A stretch of 64,000 nucleotides of DNA from Lingula anatina (lineage: Eukaryota; Animalia; Brachiopoda), in assembly GCA_051362555.1 (NCBI GenBank), contig CM120646.1, positions 620,001 through 684,000 on the forward strand, in the 5' to 3' direction. Of this stretch, positions 1 to 15,529 are shown in pieces. Both the position numbers and the translations under genes were made by a program. Every line of letters begins with the position of its first letter. Within the stretch, counting starts at the first letter, position 1. The notes beneath the pieces are model-generated. The model was not told the origin of the DNA and made no database searches. It was given only the letters and a program-made list of their open reading frames with translations.

Positions 1-899
1 TTAATGAAGAAAATTATTTTTCTTGCTAGTATCATTCTTACGTTACTGTAGTGACTTTTTTAAATAACTATATGACACCTGTTTTTCACATCATTTACTC
101 AGATCACAAATACGAGTTCGTCTGTGATGTGTTTATTTGTTGCATTTGTGTATAAATGTCAATAAAATGCAACGATTTTGTGAAAATCTCAACTTATATG
201 TTGTCCATTTTAATACTTTCTTTTGTCATCTTTCCTGTCATTTAAGTCGGATCTGATCACTTACAACTTACATTTTGTGAATGCTATCCATTAGTTTCTA
301 TAGCATCGTTTTCGTAAGTAAATAAATGAAGAAAATTAACTTTATGATCAAACTCGAGCCTTTTGAATTAGTTACTATATATTTAGTGAAATTAAAACAA
401 AGATGCAGGCACGTCTTATGTTCTGATATGCCATCCATCAGTAAATGAAATGTCAAATGATTTTATTTCACTTCTTTATAAATAAAGTTTAATAGTAAAA
501 CATTTATAAAGAAAAATTAGTTGCAGTTATAAAGCTTTTGTTGTTCAAACGGATCTCATGAAATGACCAGTCAATGAAGAACAATCAAAAATGAACAATA
601 TCTTTAATATGTCTATTTTGCATCCACTGGCATGTTTAGACAAGCATCTCTTTAAAATCCCAAAGACAGTAATATAAATTGATAATTTAAAAATGAAAAA
701 GAGTGGATAACTATATAAAGTTCTTGACATCTACATCAGGGAAATAGTGAAAATGGAAGTTTGCAGCCAACACCAACTGAAGAATATTTGCAAAAAAAAA
801 AAAAAAAAAAACAGAAGTAGGAAATTTTATATTGCAATACGCTGGAGTTAATAATTTAAATTTAGTAATTATGATAACCTAAGAATGAAGCAATTAAGC

Positions 900-2794
900 C
901 CTCGACATCACTGGATTACTTTATTTCAGATGTTCAATGCTTGTAGAATGTACATGGACCTACTTTCAACATTGATCTCATTGAAAGCAAAACAGTCATG
1001 CCACTCCCATAAAGTGACAAAAAGGTTGCAAATGAATCTCTGCAAAGGCCATAAAGGTGATTAAATATAGTTGCGAAAGTCCATCATTCCTATTCAAAAT
1101 GAATAACAATACTGCCCCTGTTATATAGACAAGGTTTGTTAAGTTTGTATGTACACTAAGGCATTTGATCTTCAAAAATCCATCCCTGCAGCTAAAGGAT
1201 TCAAGTCAATTTAGACTGGTTTACATTTGCCAAGCAATGTGATCCATCTTTATCCCAGAGTTTGCAGGTTAAGTTATCCAGCCCCCCCTTTACCGGGTAT
1301 GTCCAATATGATGCTAGAGCCACAGCATGTTTTATATGGCATCCCCACTGAAAAAAAAAAAAACGAATAATTTATATTCACTCACAATAACAAATTTGAC
1401 ATGCCGGATACTAAACATAGCACTATAGTACTGGCTTTTTAAGAGATTGAACTTCAAACTAAAAGTAATAATGATGGCCCTTTTAGTTTGTGAATAAAAC
1501 TATTCAAAAACATCAGCTGACAAAACCTATCATACATCAGTAATATGTTAACAGAGATGTGATATACACTTCATTATAAATTAAGAAATATTTCCTTGCC
1601 TGACAAAGTTTAACATTGGCCACATGAATAATTGGAAGCTGCCGGGGCATCATCCGTCCTATTCTCATTCAATCCTAGCCACTTTCATCTAAAAGACATG
1701 CGTATCAACGGGCATGGTAACTAATGTTATTTTCCTATACCACAAGCAAGTATCTGGTGATGTAGCCTGTTTAACGCGACCTTTGCTGCGTAGCACGTCC
1801 TCCGGGCGAATTTTGCTTTGCAAGCGTCATCGGCTCTTAGCTTGGCAAATTCAATATGTCATTTGTACGCGTACATATTATATCAATACTTTTTCTTAAT
1901 AAAGTGAAAAAAGAACAAGCCTGTAGCTCAAAAAATGTGTAAGTTCAGCTATTTTTCAAGTAAAGAAATCGCTGCTCTACTTCCTTGTGGTCTCCATATT
2001 TTAACCCCACCTCAAGGCAGATTTCGTAAAATCACGGGGAAACTTGGTCTTCTCGTTGAGAACCCGGACAACCTCTATTTTGATGAAATATTACATAATG
2101 ACGTAAGATGAAAATTCAGAAATATAACTACCACACGTACGGCTTCATGACCGTCAGAGTTCTAACCCTCAAATTTAAAATGCCATCATGTGAAAAATGA
2201 GCACTCCTGAAAAAGAATCCAATCATTATCAGCTTGTTATTCCAATCCAAGCTGTATTTCAGTCATATAAATATTTTCTGCAACTTTGAGAATCATAAGT
2301 TATATGGTTTGTCCTTAAATGGCCAGTGCGTCCTCTGACTACTTACCTTTCTTTAAGCTCCTTCATCATCTCATAAATGTCATATTGAACTCTGCAACAG
2401 TAAGAACAAGCTACACAGAGTTTTGAATGTTGATATAATCTTCATCATCTGATTCTGTATGTCAAAACCCAGAAATAGGAAGTTTTCCAGATTGTTTTTT
2501 ATTTGCATTGAACAGACTACACAACTGGGAATGTTGTAATCCACAAAATATATTTCACTCAAGTTATTTATTTTGTATAATGTCACTTCGTCTATTATTA
2601 ACATACCCCGTCAAGATGGATGGAATGCTAGTGTTAGGCAAATGCCTACTGATATCCTGCTCCCGGCTTGATGCTGAAGCATCCATTTTGGATCAGTTGC
2701 AGTTTCAAGTCAAATACTGTAAAACAGGAATATGTTACTGTGTAATATTATTTCCGACATTTCCATGAATGACAATAGTAATGAGGATGTTTAA

Positions 2795-2843
<49 letters not shown>

Positions 2844-3390
2844 GTTCAATCATTTTGTCAAAAATAGTTAATGTTACTTCCGAAATACTCTTTAGGAAAA
2901 TATCATCCTGTGCATAACAGAACTGATTTTTTTAACATTATTGTAATCTTAGAATAAAATTGTACATGCATAATTCAAGTAATATATTTTAACATTAAAT
3001 ACTGTGACATTTAAAACACTACTAAAGTGTAAATAAAGTCTGTTTGGATATACATATAAAGATCACGACTGTGTAAGGCCTACATCCATTGGCAAGTGAC
3101 AGTCAGTACTTTGCGTTACTGCACATATATCTCTTGTTTTTTCATATATTTGTATAGTTTCACAGCAACAATTGTACTTTTATTATACACTAAACCCACT
3201 GATAGCAAACAAATGTTACATGTAAGTCAAATCCTAATTATTATTTTATTATTAATAGCAATCAAGAATAACTGTACAAGCACTTACGTTTTCTTCTGCT
3301 GTTGGTGTATCATCCAGTGAAACCGAAAGACTATACCATGCCCGATGCCTGCATTATCTTCTATCAAAGGTCTTACATTCGCGACCTGAA
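900..3390 (-). pseudogene. Degenerate spliced gene remnant, family not recognised
   Basis: Exon-like blocks with AG/GT ends at about 3288-3386, 2607-2717 (MDASASSREQD...), 2347-2391 (VQYDIYEMMKELKE), 1600-1688 and 900-1347. Downstream blocks contain stops. Confidence 0.3.
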
Positions 3391-4518
3391 ATTGGACAAA
3401 TGGCATAATACGTGTATTTAAAAGAAATACCAAAGCTCTAAAAACACATAAGAAGATAACTTACTAAGAGGTAATTGACCAGCTTTTGTGCTGCGAGAAA
3501 TAAGTGCAACAGTGTAAGTGAAAAACAGCACATGACGTACATTTTACAGTAGAAATGATATCATTCGGAATTGGGGAAAACGTTTTTTAGCACTGACCAT
3601 GTTTAAACGTACAATGTATATTGAAATAAATCGAGGTATATTTATGCCTAAAAGTTAACATTTCTTTATTTTTCAATTTTCTCAAAAATCAAGTCTTTAC
3701 TTTAATTAAGTTAAATATGTAAAGTACCATTAGACCGTGACATCCAGTTTGCAATCTAATGTATGGTATTTATAAGGGAACCACTAACGAAAATCACACT
3801 TGGGCGAGCTATTTAAACTACAAGTTTTGGATGGTTTATGTGTTAGTCTTTAAAGGTTTTGTCCAAAAATCTTAGACAGCTTGGGGTGGCAATAAATAGG
3901 AAGATATCAAGCTAGTTATTTGCATTTTTCAAATGCCTAGTTCGGTGTATTTACGAAACAAAAAGTACAGCTTTAGTAACACATTAATAAAATATGTTAG
4001 AATAAGAAAAACGCACAGCCCCATTGACAAATGAAATAATGACCGTGATACAAGGTTTAAGAAAAAAATCAAGGTTTTGCTAACCTTATCTTATGAGCAT
4101 ATTACATAATGCATGACGTATGTAAACACAGATTAGATAGTGAATGCTTAATCTGAGACAAATGCCTCTACCTCATTATAAAGAGATTGTTATTAAAATT
4201 TTAATTATCTTTTTCTTTACAATAAACCGATCAAATTTTCTTTTTTTATTCATACTAGAAGAATGCAATTAATAAATAACACCAAATTTATTGATATCTG
4301 ACATGTTTTCATTGCACGAAAAACAAATACTCAAGAAAAACTTTATTTGAGTAAAATCAATTTTCTTTATATAAAAAAAATAAATAAATGGTAAACTTAA
4401 TTCTTTCTTACAAAAGGATAACACGAACTTTTTCTATTGAATAAATCTAAATCTTATTATCACATTTTTCTTTCCTGATAACTTGTACCCCTGATTATTG
4501 ATTTTTTCTCATTGTTTA

Positions 4519-6260
4519 TTGTACCATCAGCGTAGGCGCTGGCGGTACACATGGTTTTAGTCCCGACCCGCATGTTCCGCCGGCTCCGCCGGATCCTCTG
4601 GCTCCGCCGCCATCTCACCGTTACCGCTTCTCCTCCTAGACGGTAAGGCCCCCACAGCCATCTCTTGGATTTAGGTCACCTATAATCTCAACTCGTTCCA
4701 CGTAAAATTTGGGCTTTGTCGGTATTGGGGTCTAGGTGTGGCACTCATTGCAATGCACCCTTGTCCAAAAATGGCAAAATTAAATGCTAATTATCTACCC
4801 AACGGAAGGAATTATGGGAAAAATTTCTACAGACGGCTTTCCAAAAGTCATATGTGTAGATTTCAAATATGCCCTTGGATTCGACCTTTGACCTTTATTT
4901 CAATTTCAAACGGGCCAAAATTTTCAAAAAAAAAAAAAAAAACGAAATTGTTTACGAAAAAATAAATTATTTTCGCTGTTATTCAGACACTACACAGACT
5001 TAACCAGTAATATTATTGGAAAGTGTTACCCTTCGGGTCATCTCTGTGAATTTGGGGTCAATCGGTGCATTTTCACGGGAGCCATAAGATACCGAAACTG
5101 AAGACTGTCTCTAATTGGGGATCCGTTAATGCTAGAGACCCATTCTTTTTTTAATTTTGTGGAGCATGTAAAGCCCAACACTGACGGTGGTCTCCGTTTT
5201 TTCGTATTCCATACGGTTTTCGAATTACGCTGTATCAAAAAGTACATATTGGTGGTGAAAGCAAAATGTGCAGTACGGTAATGGATAATAAATTTTGAAC
5301 CCCGGGAAAATAAAACATAAGGCTTGGCGAGGCAGACAATTTCTGGTCAAAAATGACATTATTTCATGAAATTTGAACATCTGGAACTTCTGAGCACCTC
5401 CCATTTCAAGAATTTCAACCAAAATGACCTTTTCTTTATTTTAATTAATTTTTTTCTGTAGGGAATTTATGGCACATTATTGTAACTCCAAAATTTTAAC
5501 ATTTAGTCCCTTATATCTCCAAAACTGGCAGAGATAGGTCCATAGTTACTAATGAAGTTGAATAGGAAGTCATATACTGGCAATCTATATGTGACCTTGA
5601 AATTGACCTTTGACCTACTTTTTATCATGAATTGCACTTTGTAAATTTTGGTTCCCTTTTATCTCCAAAACTGGCAGAGATAGGTCCATAGTTACTTTTG
5701 AGTAAGAAGTCATTAGAGGCAATTTACTGTGACCTTAAAATTTACCTTTGACCTACTTTTCACCATGAACTTGCTTTGTAAATTTTGGTTCCCTTTTATC
5801 TCCAAAACTGGCAAAGATACACCCATAGTTACTATTGAATTTGAATAGGAAGTCATATGATGGCAATCTAAGTGTGACCTTGAAATTGACCTTTGACCTA
5901 CGTTTCATCATGAATTGAACTTACAAATTTTGGTTCCCTTTTATCTCCAAAACTGGCAGAGATAGGTCCATAGTTATTATTGAACTTGAATAGGAAGTCA
6001 TATACTGGAAATTTACTGTGACCTTGACATTGACCTTTGACCTACCTTCTGATGAATTGAATTTTGATTGTACCGTTTTTAGTTATATATATATTTTTGC
6101 ATATTTTGAGAATTCTTGTTGATTGCATTTTTACAGCTTGTCAAGCACAAGACTGGTGGTGGTGTCCCTTTTTTGTGTGTGTAGGGGGTCTATACGAATG
6201 CGCTTACTCCAGCTGGTGGTACAATATTCGGAGGCGGTATCGCCTCTCTGATCCTCTAGT
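4519..6260 (+). mobile_element. Non-autonomous Helentron (HINE/DINE-1-like) with internal ~143-bp tandem array
   Basis: 5' subTIR ttgtaccatcagc with adjacent inverted repeat; 3' subTIR gctggtggtacaa; 3' hairpin gaggcggtatcgcctc; CTAGT end. Four ~137-146 bp units start at 5508, 5654, 5791 and 5936. Confidence 0.8.
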
Positions 6261-6514
6261 TTTATTTTTTGTTTATAAAACAACCTGTGTTAGACAATAG
6301 CTTCGTATCACCACCTAAGTTTGAAGAGTTACACTTTGAACCTAATCTATTTCATAATTGGTATATTGTTCTATCCCCCTTATTTCTTCATTTATTTCTT
6401 ACAAAGTAAATAAATATATAAATATATGGAGGTTATCTTTAGAAATAGTACAATCACATCAGTTACCTGATTGCTATTTTTACTCTAAAAGTAGGTCATC
6501 CTTACCCTTGATGT

Positions 6515-9500
6515 ACAGTGAGATGTCAATATTTCCTTGCTAACAAACGTACGTCTAGATGTATCATATTAATAATTGAATAGTCAGACGAAATTAAATG
6601 TCAATATCATGTTATATTAAGCAAAGAGCTTTTGTAATGAAAGTTATACATTCATATACCTTAATCAGATACAAACAGTCGAGAAAGAAAAAAAGGATTA
6701 TTTAATGCTCTTTGTTGCAGGTTGCTGTGATCCTGTAAATAAGAATAGATGGCAAAGAGTGTCCCTACAAAAAACTTTGCCCTCATCAACTGATATCCTC
6801 TATCACTTTTCCCCACCTTTTATTAATTGATTTATTTATGTAAAAAATACCTTTACAATATAAAATTTTTGTTGGGATTTTTTGTCAATAAAATGTCAAG
6901 TATCCCGGAATATGAATAAATTTTTACAATAAATTAATTTTTTGCAATATATTTATTTTGTATAATAATAATTATGATAATTTTTGCCTCTATATACCTT
7001 TTCAGAGGGTGACTGCTTATAAAATGGTGGTGCACAATTATTATGATAATTTTTAAAACATTTTATTTAACACTTAATATTTAAAAGAATTTAATCGACT
7101 GTTGTGTTGAGCTTTTATTAATGTTTAAGCACTTTAAAGTTAATATTTACATTTTTGATTTATTTTATAAGTAATATACATGTGGTATATAGATAAGCTA
7201 CATAATCGAATAAGATGTATTATTACATTGTGTACCTGTTTAATGATATCATCACTATATGTGGTCGTCCAACCATATTTAAAAATCCGAAGATAGACCA
7301 GTGACTGCCTCTACATGAATTGGGCTTGTGGTGGGCGGGGAGACTGTAGTGTATAAAGGCAAATTGCTTTCACCCTGTAAGTAGGTCGGCCATATTTAGT
7401 TCGCACATCTGTTAGTCAGCGGAGCAACTAAGTACCTTGAGATATAATATTTGTATAAATGTGGTGGTTTCTCTTTCATTTTCTCTTTGCACAAAAGCAG
7501 CATTATTTTTTTTCTGATAAGAAGCAAAATACCCTTTTGTGACCTTATGTTACTGAAAACCTGGATCAGTGCCACGAAATCAATAGCGACCCTTCTAAGA
7601 AAAGATATATTTAGCTACATGTATGACGCACAGGTGTGAGGTGTTCAACAAGTATTAAAGGAGGGGAAATTCATGCGTTGGTTGCCCTGTACGCATGCGC
7701 ACTTTTTTCTGTCCTCCTCAATTTTAAGTCCTAAAGTTTAAACCTATTGACGCATTATAGCATAAAATTTATTTTGCTTTAAATATGAACAATGAGGAGT
7801 ATATTTGGAAATATTTGGTAGAAGCCAGTTAGCCTGTCGGTGTTTTGTCAGTTACCAACCACACATTTCAACACACATATGGTATTTTATTTTCGATATG
7901 CTATATCATTATCGATATAATCGGTATAAGTCATATCGATTCTTTCAAAAAACACACTTTTAGCTCTAGCTACGAATTTTTATGCGTGGGATTCGCCCGC
8001 ATTTGTTCAACTACCGCAGAGGGCTGATTGCACTTGATTTAATTTTGGTGAACAAAGTAAACGTTTTTTTAAAAAGGTTCATTAGTCTGGTAGATATACA
8101 TGAATTGTTAATTTAATGATTATACAGACAATGCTTTCCTACCGTCAAAATTTCAGCTCAAGAGCCTCCTTTAGAACAAACTGGTCATGCGCTGATGATC
8201 TAACGCTTAGATGTATTCATTGACCATACCCCCTAAATCCGTCATTGTTACACGTTGCCATCTAGACCAGAATTTAGTGTGCCAAAGGCCCGGACGTTAA
8301 GCCATCATTGTCATTGTCAACTCAATCAAATTCGTAGCTGTGGAGTAACCCTTCAAACAAAAATGAACTCATACTACCTTGGCACTGTGACTCTACGCAA
8401 AGTGCATCAGGTGCATCTCCGGCATTTCCTACTACTCAAATCAGGTATCAGGGTCTGGTAGTATCATAGCATGAGATAAAGCAAAGCACAGATTTTGAAG
8501 GGAATCAAAATAACTTTAAACGTCAATTTTCAGACTTACCATCCGTAGATTTACCGGCCAGGGCAGTTTCTGTTTATCGGGGATTTTAATGTTATCATTT
8601 AATGCTCATGGGGATTTTTATGAGTGTGAGCGATCTTTACGCCATCTTTTAAGGTTTCGCTGTAACTACGCGTACACAAAACTGAAAACACGATAACATT
8701 TTTTTATTAAATACTTTTTAAAAAATGGGTACCGGTATGAATAAAAGGGCCCTAGTATTAAACTTCAAGACGTAGCATTTAATTTGTTGACACGATAAAT
8801 TTCGTCTAGTTTCTGTTCTTTCGCTATCAAGTTACATAATTTACATTGGAAAAGGCGGACATGCATGGTTTTATAATTTTTAATCAGTTGTATTAATAAA
8901 AAAATAAACGCAACATTGATCTCATTTTCTGTTTTTCATGGCTTCTATTTGAGCAGATCATTACAATTTAAAAGTCAAGTTTAACAGTCGTATTTAATAT
9001 ATGTTTATACATGACATCATGAAGCATGCACTATTCTTTTTTATCTCTTTACCACAGTCTTCCATAAATATTTGATAAAAACTATCGGAAATAATTATTC
9101 AAGTTCGAATATAAAATGCAACCCATGCCCTTACTTTAAATTAAACTCTGAAATTGTTATGGAATTGTAGAGCAAAGTATCAGCTTGACTTAAGTTTATC
9201 AAGATGATTTTAGGGTCAGCCATCCCTTTAAAGATTGCCTTCAGGGTTGTGCGCGATTGACAACTGGATCAAGCTGTTTAAGTGGGTTATGTCAACATTT
9301 CCAAGAAGACGTGACTAGAAACTGACTTACATTTATTGACATGGCATAATAATCGGATAGAAACTGAAGGGCCGAGGCCGAGAAGTATAAATCATCACAC
9401 CTTTGCTTTGGTATTATCTATAACGAAATTGGGATTCGTGTTATCGTCAGCGATACTAATATTGATCATTTTGTCAATTTTGATGCAATACTGAAGCAAT

Positions 9501-12500
9501 AATATCTCTTCCTTTGAGATTCAAAATCTGCAAGAAATAAATTGTAAACAACTCATGAAAATATATAACGGCTGTTGTAGTTGTAAAACTTAAATCTGTG
9601 CTTGTCAATACAGCTTTCGATGCCTTTCTTACCGGTCGTCAAGGCATCTGTTGCCAATGACGTTGGGGTGTCACGCGGATTCTCGCGTTCATTCGAGACC
9701 AAAGTAACATATGGCGCCATATGAGAGCAGGTGCATGATGCAATCCTCAGATGTAAGTTTCGAGTTTTTGCACAGTGCGTCGGAAAACGAAAAAGCCCAG
9801 AACTGCTCACATTGTAGATAAAAATGCATTTTAAAACATTTGCAATATTAAACAAAATTTACCTGCTTAATTATCACTGCTTCCTTATTATGGACACTGT
9901 AATCTAGCAGAGAAATTAACCTTTGGGAGTTTACAGGGAAATATCAACAAGTGTGCTTTATGAAATCTCATTTAATGGCCACTTAATTAATTAGGCAAAT
10001 TAGTTAATAGCACTGAACATAGCCTAGTTAATACCCAAGGGGAATAATCAGACTGACCACACAAAATTTGTCTATCAAAGGTCTTCAGGCCCATATGACA
10101 CAACTTATGCACAACAGGTAAGTCAAATTATGCACAACAGGTAACACTGATGAAAGTAAAAGCATAAGGCTTCAGGCCCATCAGAGGTCAAGTTAACATT
10201 TAGAAAGTGCCAGAATGAGAACAAGGCAGCAAAGCTGTCAAATGTACAGACAAAAAGCAGGAACTAACAAAATAGGCTACTGTCAATTCTGATGCATAAG
10301 TACATTATGTTAAACTGCAAATACAACAGCAAATTTCATTATGCTCAACAGGAAATACCAATGTAAGTAAAAAGTTGTAACAAGCATAAGGCTTCAGGTC
10401 CATGGGAGTTCAAGTTCACACTTTGAAAATGTATAACTTCCAGAAGCCAATTAGACTGCTTTTTCAACTCAGGCTGCATTTTAGTCCTGTATTTCTTTTT
10501 TGAAAGTTTAACAATCATAAGTAACAGTGAGATGTCAATATTTCCTTGCTAACAAACGTACGTCTAGATGTATCATATTAATAATTGAATAGTCAGACGA
10601 AATTAAATGTCAATATCATGTTATATTAAGCAAAGAGCTTTTGTAATGAAAGTTATCCATTCATATACCTTAATCAGATACAAACAGTCGAGAAAGAAAA
10701 AAGGGATTATTTAATGCTCTTTGTTGCAGGTTGCTGTGATCCTGTAAGTAAGAATAGATGGCAAAGGGTGTCCCTACCAAAAAATTTGCCCTCATCAACT
10801 GATATCCTCTATCACTTTTCCCCACCTTTTAATAATTGATTTATTTATGTAAAAAATAGCTTTACAATAGAAATTTTTTGTTGGGATTTTTTGTCATTAA
10901 AATGTCAAGTATCCCGGAATATGAATAAATTTTTACAATAAGTTAATTTTTTTGCAATATATTTATTTTGTATAATAATAATTATGATAATTTTTGCCTC
11001 TATATACTTTTTCAGAGGGTGACTGCTTATAAAATGGTGGTGCACAATTATTATGATAATTTTTAAAACATTTTATTTAACACTTAATATTTAAAAGAAT
11101 TTAATCGACTGTTGTGTTGAGCTTTTATTAATGTTTAAGCACTTTAAAGTTAATATTTACATTTTTGATTTATTTTATAAGTAATATACATGTAGTATAT
11201 AGATAAGCTACATAATCGAATAAGATGTATTATTACATTGTGTACCTGTTTAATGATATCATCACTATATGTGGTCGTCCAACCATATTTAAAAATCCGA
11301 AGATAGACCAGTGACTGCCTCTACATGAATTGGGCTTGTGGTGGGCGGGGAGACTGTAGTGTATAAAGGCAAATTGCTTTTACCCTGTAAGTATGTCGGC
11401 CATATTTAGTTCGCACATCTGTTAGTCAGCGGAGCAACTAAGTACCTTGAGATATAATATTTGTATATATGTGGTGGTTTCTCTTTCATTTTCTCTTTGC
11501 ACAAAAGCAGCATTATTTTTTTTCTGATAAGAAGCAAAATACCCTTTTGTGACCTTATGTTACTGAAAACCTGGATCAGTGCCACGAAATCAATAGCGAC
11601 CCTTCTAAGAAAAGATATATTTAGCTACATGTATGACGCACAGGTGTGAGGTGTTCAACAAGTATTAAAGGAGGGGAAATTCATGCGTTGGTTGCCCTGT
11701 ACGCATGCGCACTTTTTTCTGTCCTCCTCAATTTTAAGTCCTAAAGTTTAAACCTATTGACGCATTATAGCATAAAATTTATTTTGCTTTAAATATGAAC
11801 AATGAGGAGTATATTTGGAAATATTTGGTAGAAGCCAGTTAGCCTGCCGGTGTTTTGTCAGTTACCAACCACACATTTCAACACACATATGGTATTTTAT
11901 TTTCGATATGCTATATCATTATCGATATAATCGGTATAAGTCATATCGATTCTTTCAAAAAACACACTTTTAGCTCTAGCTACGAATTTTTATGCGTGGG
12001 ATTCGCCCGCATTTGTTCAACTACCGCAGAGGGCTGATTGCACTTGATTTAATTTTGGTGAACAAAGTAAACGTTTTTTTAAAAAGGTTCATTAGTCTGG
12101 TAGATATACATGAATTGTTAATTTAATGATTATACAGACAATGCTTTCTTACCGTCAAAATTTCAGCTCAAGAGCCTCCCTTAGAACAAACTGGTCATGC
12201 GCTGATGATCTAACGCTAAGATGTATTCATTGATTCATACCCCCTAAATCCGTCATTGTTACACGTTGCCATCTAGACCAGAATTTAGTGTGCCAAAGGC
12301 CCGGACGTTAAGCCATCATTGTCATTGTCAACTCAATCAAATTCGTAGCTGTGGAGTAACCCTTCAAACAAAAATGAACTCATACTACCTTGGCACTGTG
12401 ACTCTACGCAAAGTGCATCAGGTGCATCTCCGGCATTTCCTACTACTCAAATCAGGTATCAGGGTCTGGTAGTATCATAGCATGAGATAAAGCAAAGCAC

Positions 12501-14672
12501 AGATTTTGAAGGGAATCAAAATAACTTTAAACGTCAATTTCCAGACTTACCATCCGTAGATTTACCGGCCAGGGCAGTTTCTGTTTAACGGGGATTTTAA
12601 TGTTTTCATTTAATGCTCATGGGGATTTTTATGAGTGTGAGCGATCTTTACGCCATCTTTTAAGGTTTCACTGTAACTACGCATACACAAAATTGAAAAC
12701 ACGATAAAATTTTTTTATTAAATATTTTTAAAAAATGGGTACCGGTATGAATAAAAGGGCCCTAGTATTAAACTTCAAGACGTAGCATTTAATTTGTTGA
12801 CACGATAAATTTCGTCTAGTTTCTGTTCTTTCGCTATCAAGTTACATAATTTACATTGGAAAAGGCGGACATGCATGGTTTTATAATTTTTAATCAGTTG
12901 TATTAATAAAAAAATAAACGCAACATTGATCTCATTTTCTGTTTTTCATGGCTTCTATTTGAGCAGATCATTACAATTTTAAAGTCAAGTTTAACAGTCG
13001 TATTTAATATTAGTTTATACATGACATCATGAAGTATGCACTATTCTTTTTTATCTCTTTACCACAGTCTTCCATAAATATTTGATAAAAACTATCGGAA
13101 ATAATTATTCAAGTTCGAATATAAAATGCAACCCATGCCCTTACTTTAAATTAAACTCTGAAATTGTTATGGAATTGTAGAGCAAAGTACCAGCTTGACT
13201 TGAGTTTATCAAGATGATTTTAGGGTCAGCCATCCCTTTAAAGACTGCCTTCAGGGTTGTGCGCGATTGACAACTGGATCAAGCTGATTAAGTGGGTTAT
13301 GTCAACATTTCCAAGAAGACGTGACTAGAAACTGACTTACATTTATTGACATGGCATAATAATCGGATAGAAACTGAAGGGCCGAGGCCGAGAAGTATAA
13401 ATCATCACACCTTTGCTTTGGTATTATCTATAACGAAATTGGGATTCGTGTTATCGTCAGCGATACTAATATTGATCATTTTGTCAATTTTGATGCAATA
13501 CTGAAGCAATAATATCTCTTCCTTTGAGATTCAAAATCTGCAAGAAATAAATTGTAAACAACTCATGAAAATATATAACGGCTGTTGTAGTTGTAAAACT
13601 TAAATCTGTGCTTGTCAATACAGCTTTCGATGCCTTTCTTACCGGTCGTCAAGGCATCTGTTGCCAATGACGTTGGGGTGTCACGCGGATTCTCGCGTTC
13701 ATTCGAGACCAAAGTAACATATGGCGCCATATGAGAGCAGGTGCATGATGCAATCCTCAGATGTAAGTTTCGAGTTTTTGCACAGTGCGTCGGAAAACGA
13801 AAAAGCCCAGAACTGCTCACATTGTAGATAAAAATGCATTTTAAAACATTTGCAATATTAAACAAAATTTACCTGCTTAATTATCACTGCTTCCTTATTA
13901 TGGACACTGTAATCTAGCAGAGAAATTAACCTTTGGGAGTTTACAGGGAAATATCAACAAGTGTGCTTTATGAAATCTCATTTAATGGCCACTTAATTAA
14001 TTAGGCAAATTAGTTAATAGCACTGAACATAGCCTAGTTAATACCCAAGGGGAATAATCAGACTGACCACACAAAATTTGTCTATCAAAGGTCTTCAGGC
14101 CCATATGACACAACTTATGCACAACAGGTAAGTCAAATTATGCACAACAGGTAACACTGATGAAAGTAAAAGCATAAGGCTTCAGGCCCATCAGAGGTCA
14201 AGTTAACATTTAGAAAGTGCCAGAATGAGAACAAGGCAGCAAAGCTGTCAAATGTACAGACAAAAAGCAGGAACTAACAAAATAGGCTACTGTCAATTCT
14301 GATGCATAAGTACATTATGTTAAACTGCAAATACAACAGCAAATTTCATTATGATCAACAGGAAATACCAATGTAAGTAAAAAGTTGTAACAAGCATAAG
14401 GCTTCAGGTCCATGGGAGTTCAAGTTCACACTTTGAAAATGTATAACTTCCAGAAGCCAATTAGACTGCTTTTTCAACTCAGGCTGCATTTTAGTCCTGT
14501 ATTTCTTTTTTGAAAGTTTAACAATCATAAGTAACAGTGAGATGTCAATATTTCCTTGCTAACAAACGTACGTCTAGATGTATCATATTAATAATTGAAT
14601 AGTCAGACGAAATTAAATGTCAATATCATGTTATATTAAGCAAAGAGCTTTTGTAATGAAAGTTATACATTC
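6515..14672 (+). repeat. Tandem duplication, ~4010-bp unit x2 plus a ~140-bp third start
   Basis: Units start at 6515, 10524 and 14534 (acagtgagatgtcaatatttcc). ORF pairs are identical or near-identical, offset by about 4010 bp, with only scattered substitutions. Confidence 0.95.
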
Positions 14673-15529
14673 CGTCAAATTTTAATAATGAAATATATGT
14701 ATCATGGATTTTCAGAAAATGTGACTAGCATGTGTCTTCAAGCCTGTGGAACTTCGAAGTCACACCTTGAAAATGCCAATATGTGAAAAAATTAAATTTT
14801 CACAAAAAATGTTCAACTGGCAGAAAGAACTACAGACTGCATTGCCTTCTGAAGCTGTATTTTAGTCCCATGTTTCTTTCCTGTAAGTTTGAGAACAGTA
14901 AATGGTTTTTCTTAAATGGTCATCATGGGAGCAGTGCCCGATATTTTTTTTCAAATTTTGATGCAATATTACATAACGTTTAATAGCATAATGACCATCA
15001 TTTTTTAATAATAAAATATTAGTTTCATGGATATTCAGAAAATGTGACTAGCAAAGGTCTTCAGGCCCATGGAACTTCAAAGTCACAACTTGAAAATGCC
15101 AAAATGTAAGACAGCACTGTTTTGAAATGATTTTTTTCCATTTTTAACATTTTTTAACATAAAACAAAATTAACAGTTTACTGCCATTTTTATATGATCG
15201 ACTTGAAAAAATTGATGAGATGGGAAAATTGTCAATAGAGCAGTGTTAAATGTCCAATTTCTTCCATTCTGAGATTCTGAACATAGTGAATGATTGAATC
15301 TGACAAACTGCAATGATATGTGTTCATTTCCATTTTTGAAACTTTATTACACAATACATGATAACAAGTTTACCATCATTTTTACAAAATCAACTAACAA
15401 TGTTGTAAAGATGCAGGAAATGTCAAACAAACACTTTTACGTATCTTATTAGTTGAATAATGAGACTGTTAATATGCCTAAGAATTGAATCTGAGGAAAT
15501 GTGAAAAAACAGCTTAACTTCTAAAATAA

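Noticed and set aside
5508-6060. Regular repeats resembling a CRISPR array
   Set aside because: Whole ~143-bp units repeat with no unique spacers; they lie inside a HINE in eukaryotic DNA and no cas genes are present.
7655-9231. TTAAAGG...CCTTTAA as Kolobok-like termini
   Set aside because: The inverted match does not extend beyond a few bases.
7451-13865. Repeated short ORFs (60-100 aa) appearing twice
   Set aside because: Explained by the 4-kb duplication; no motifs or coding signature.
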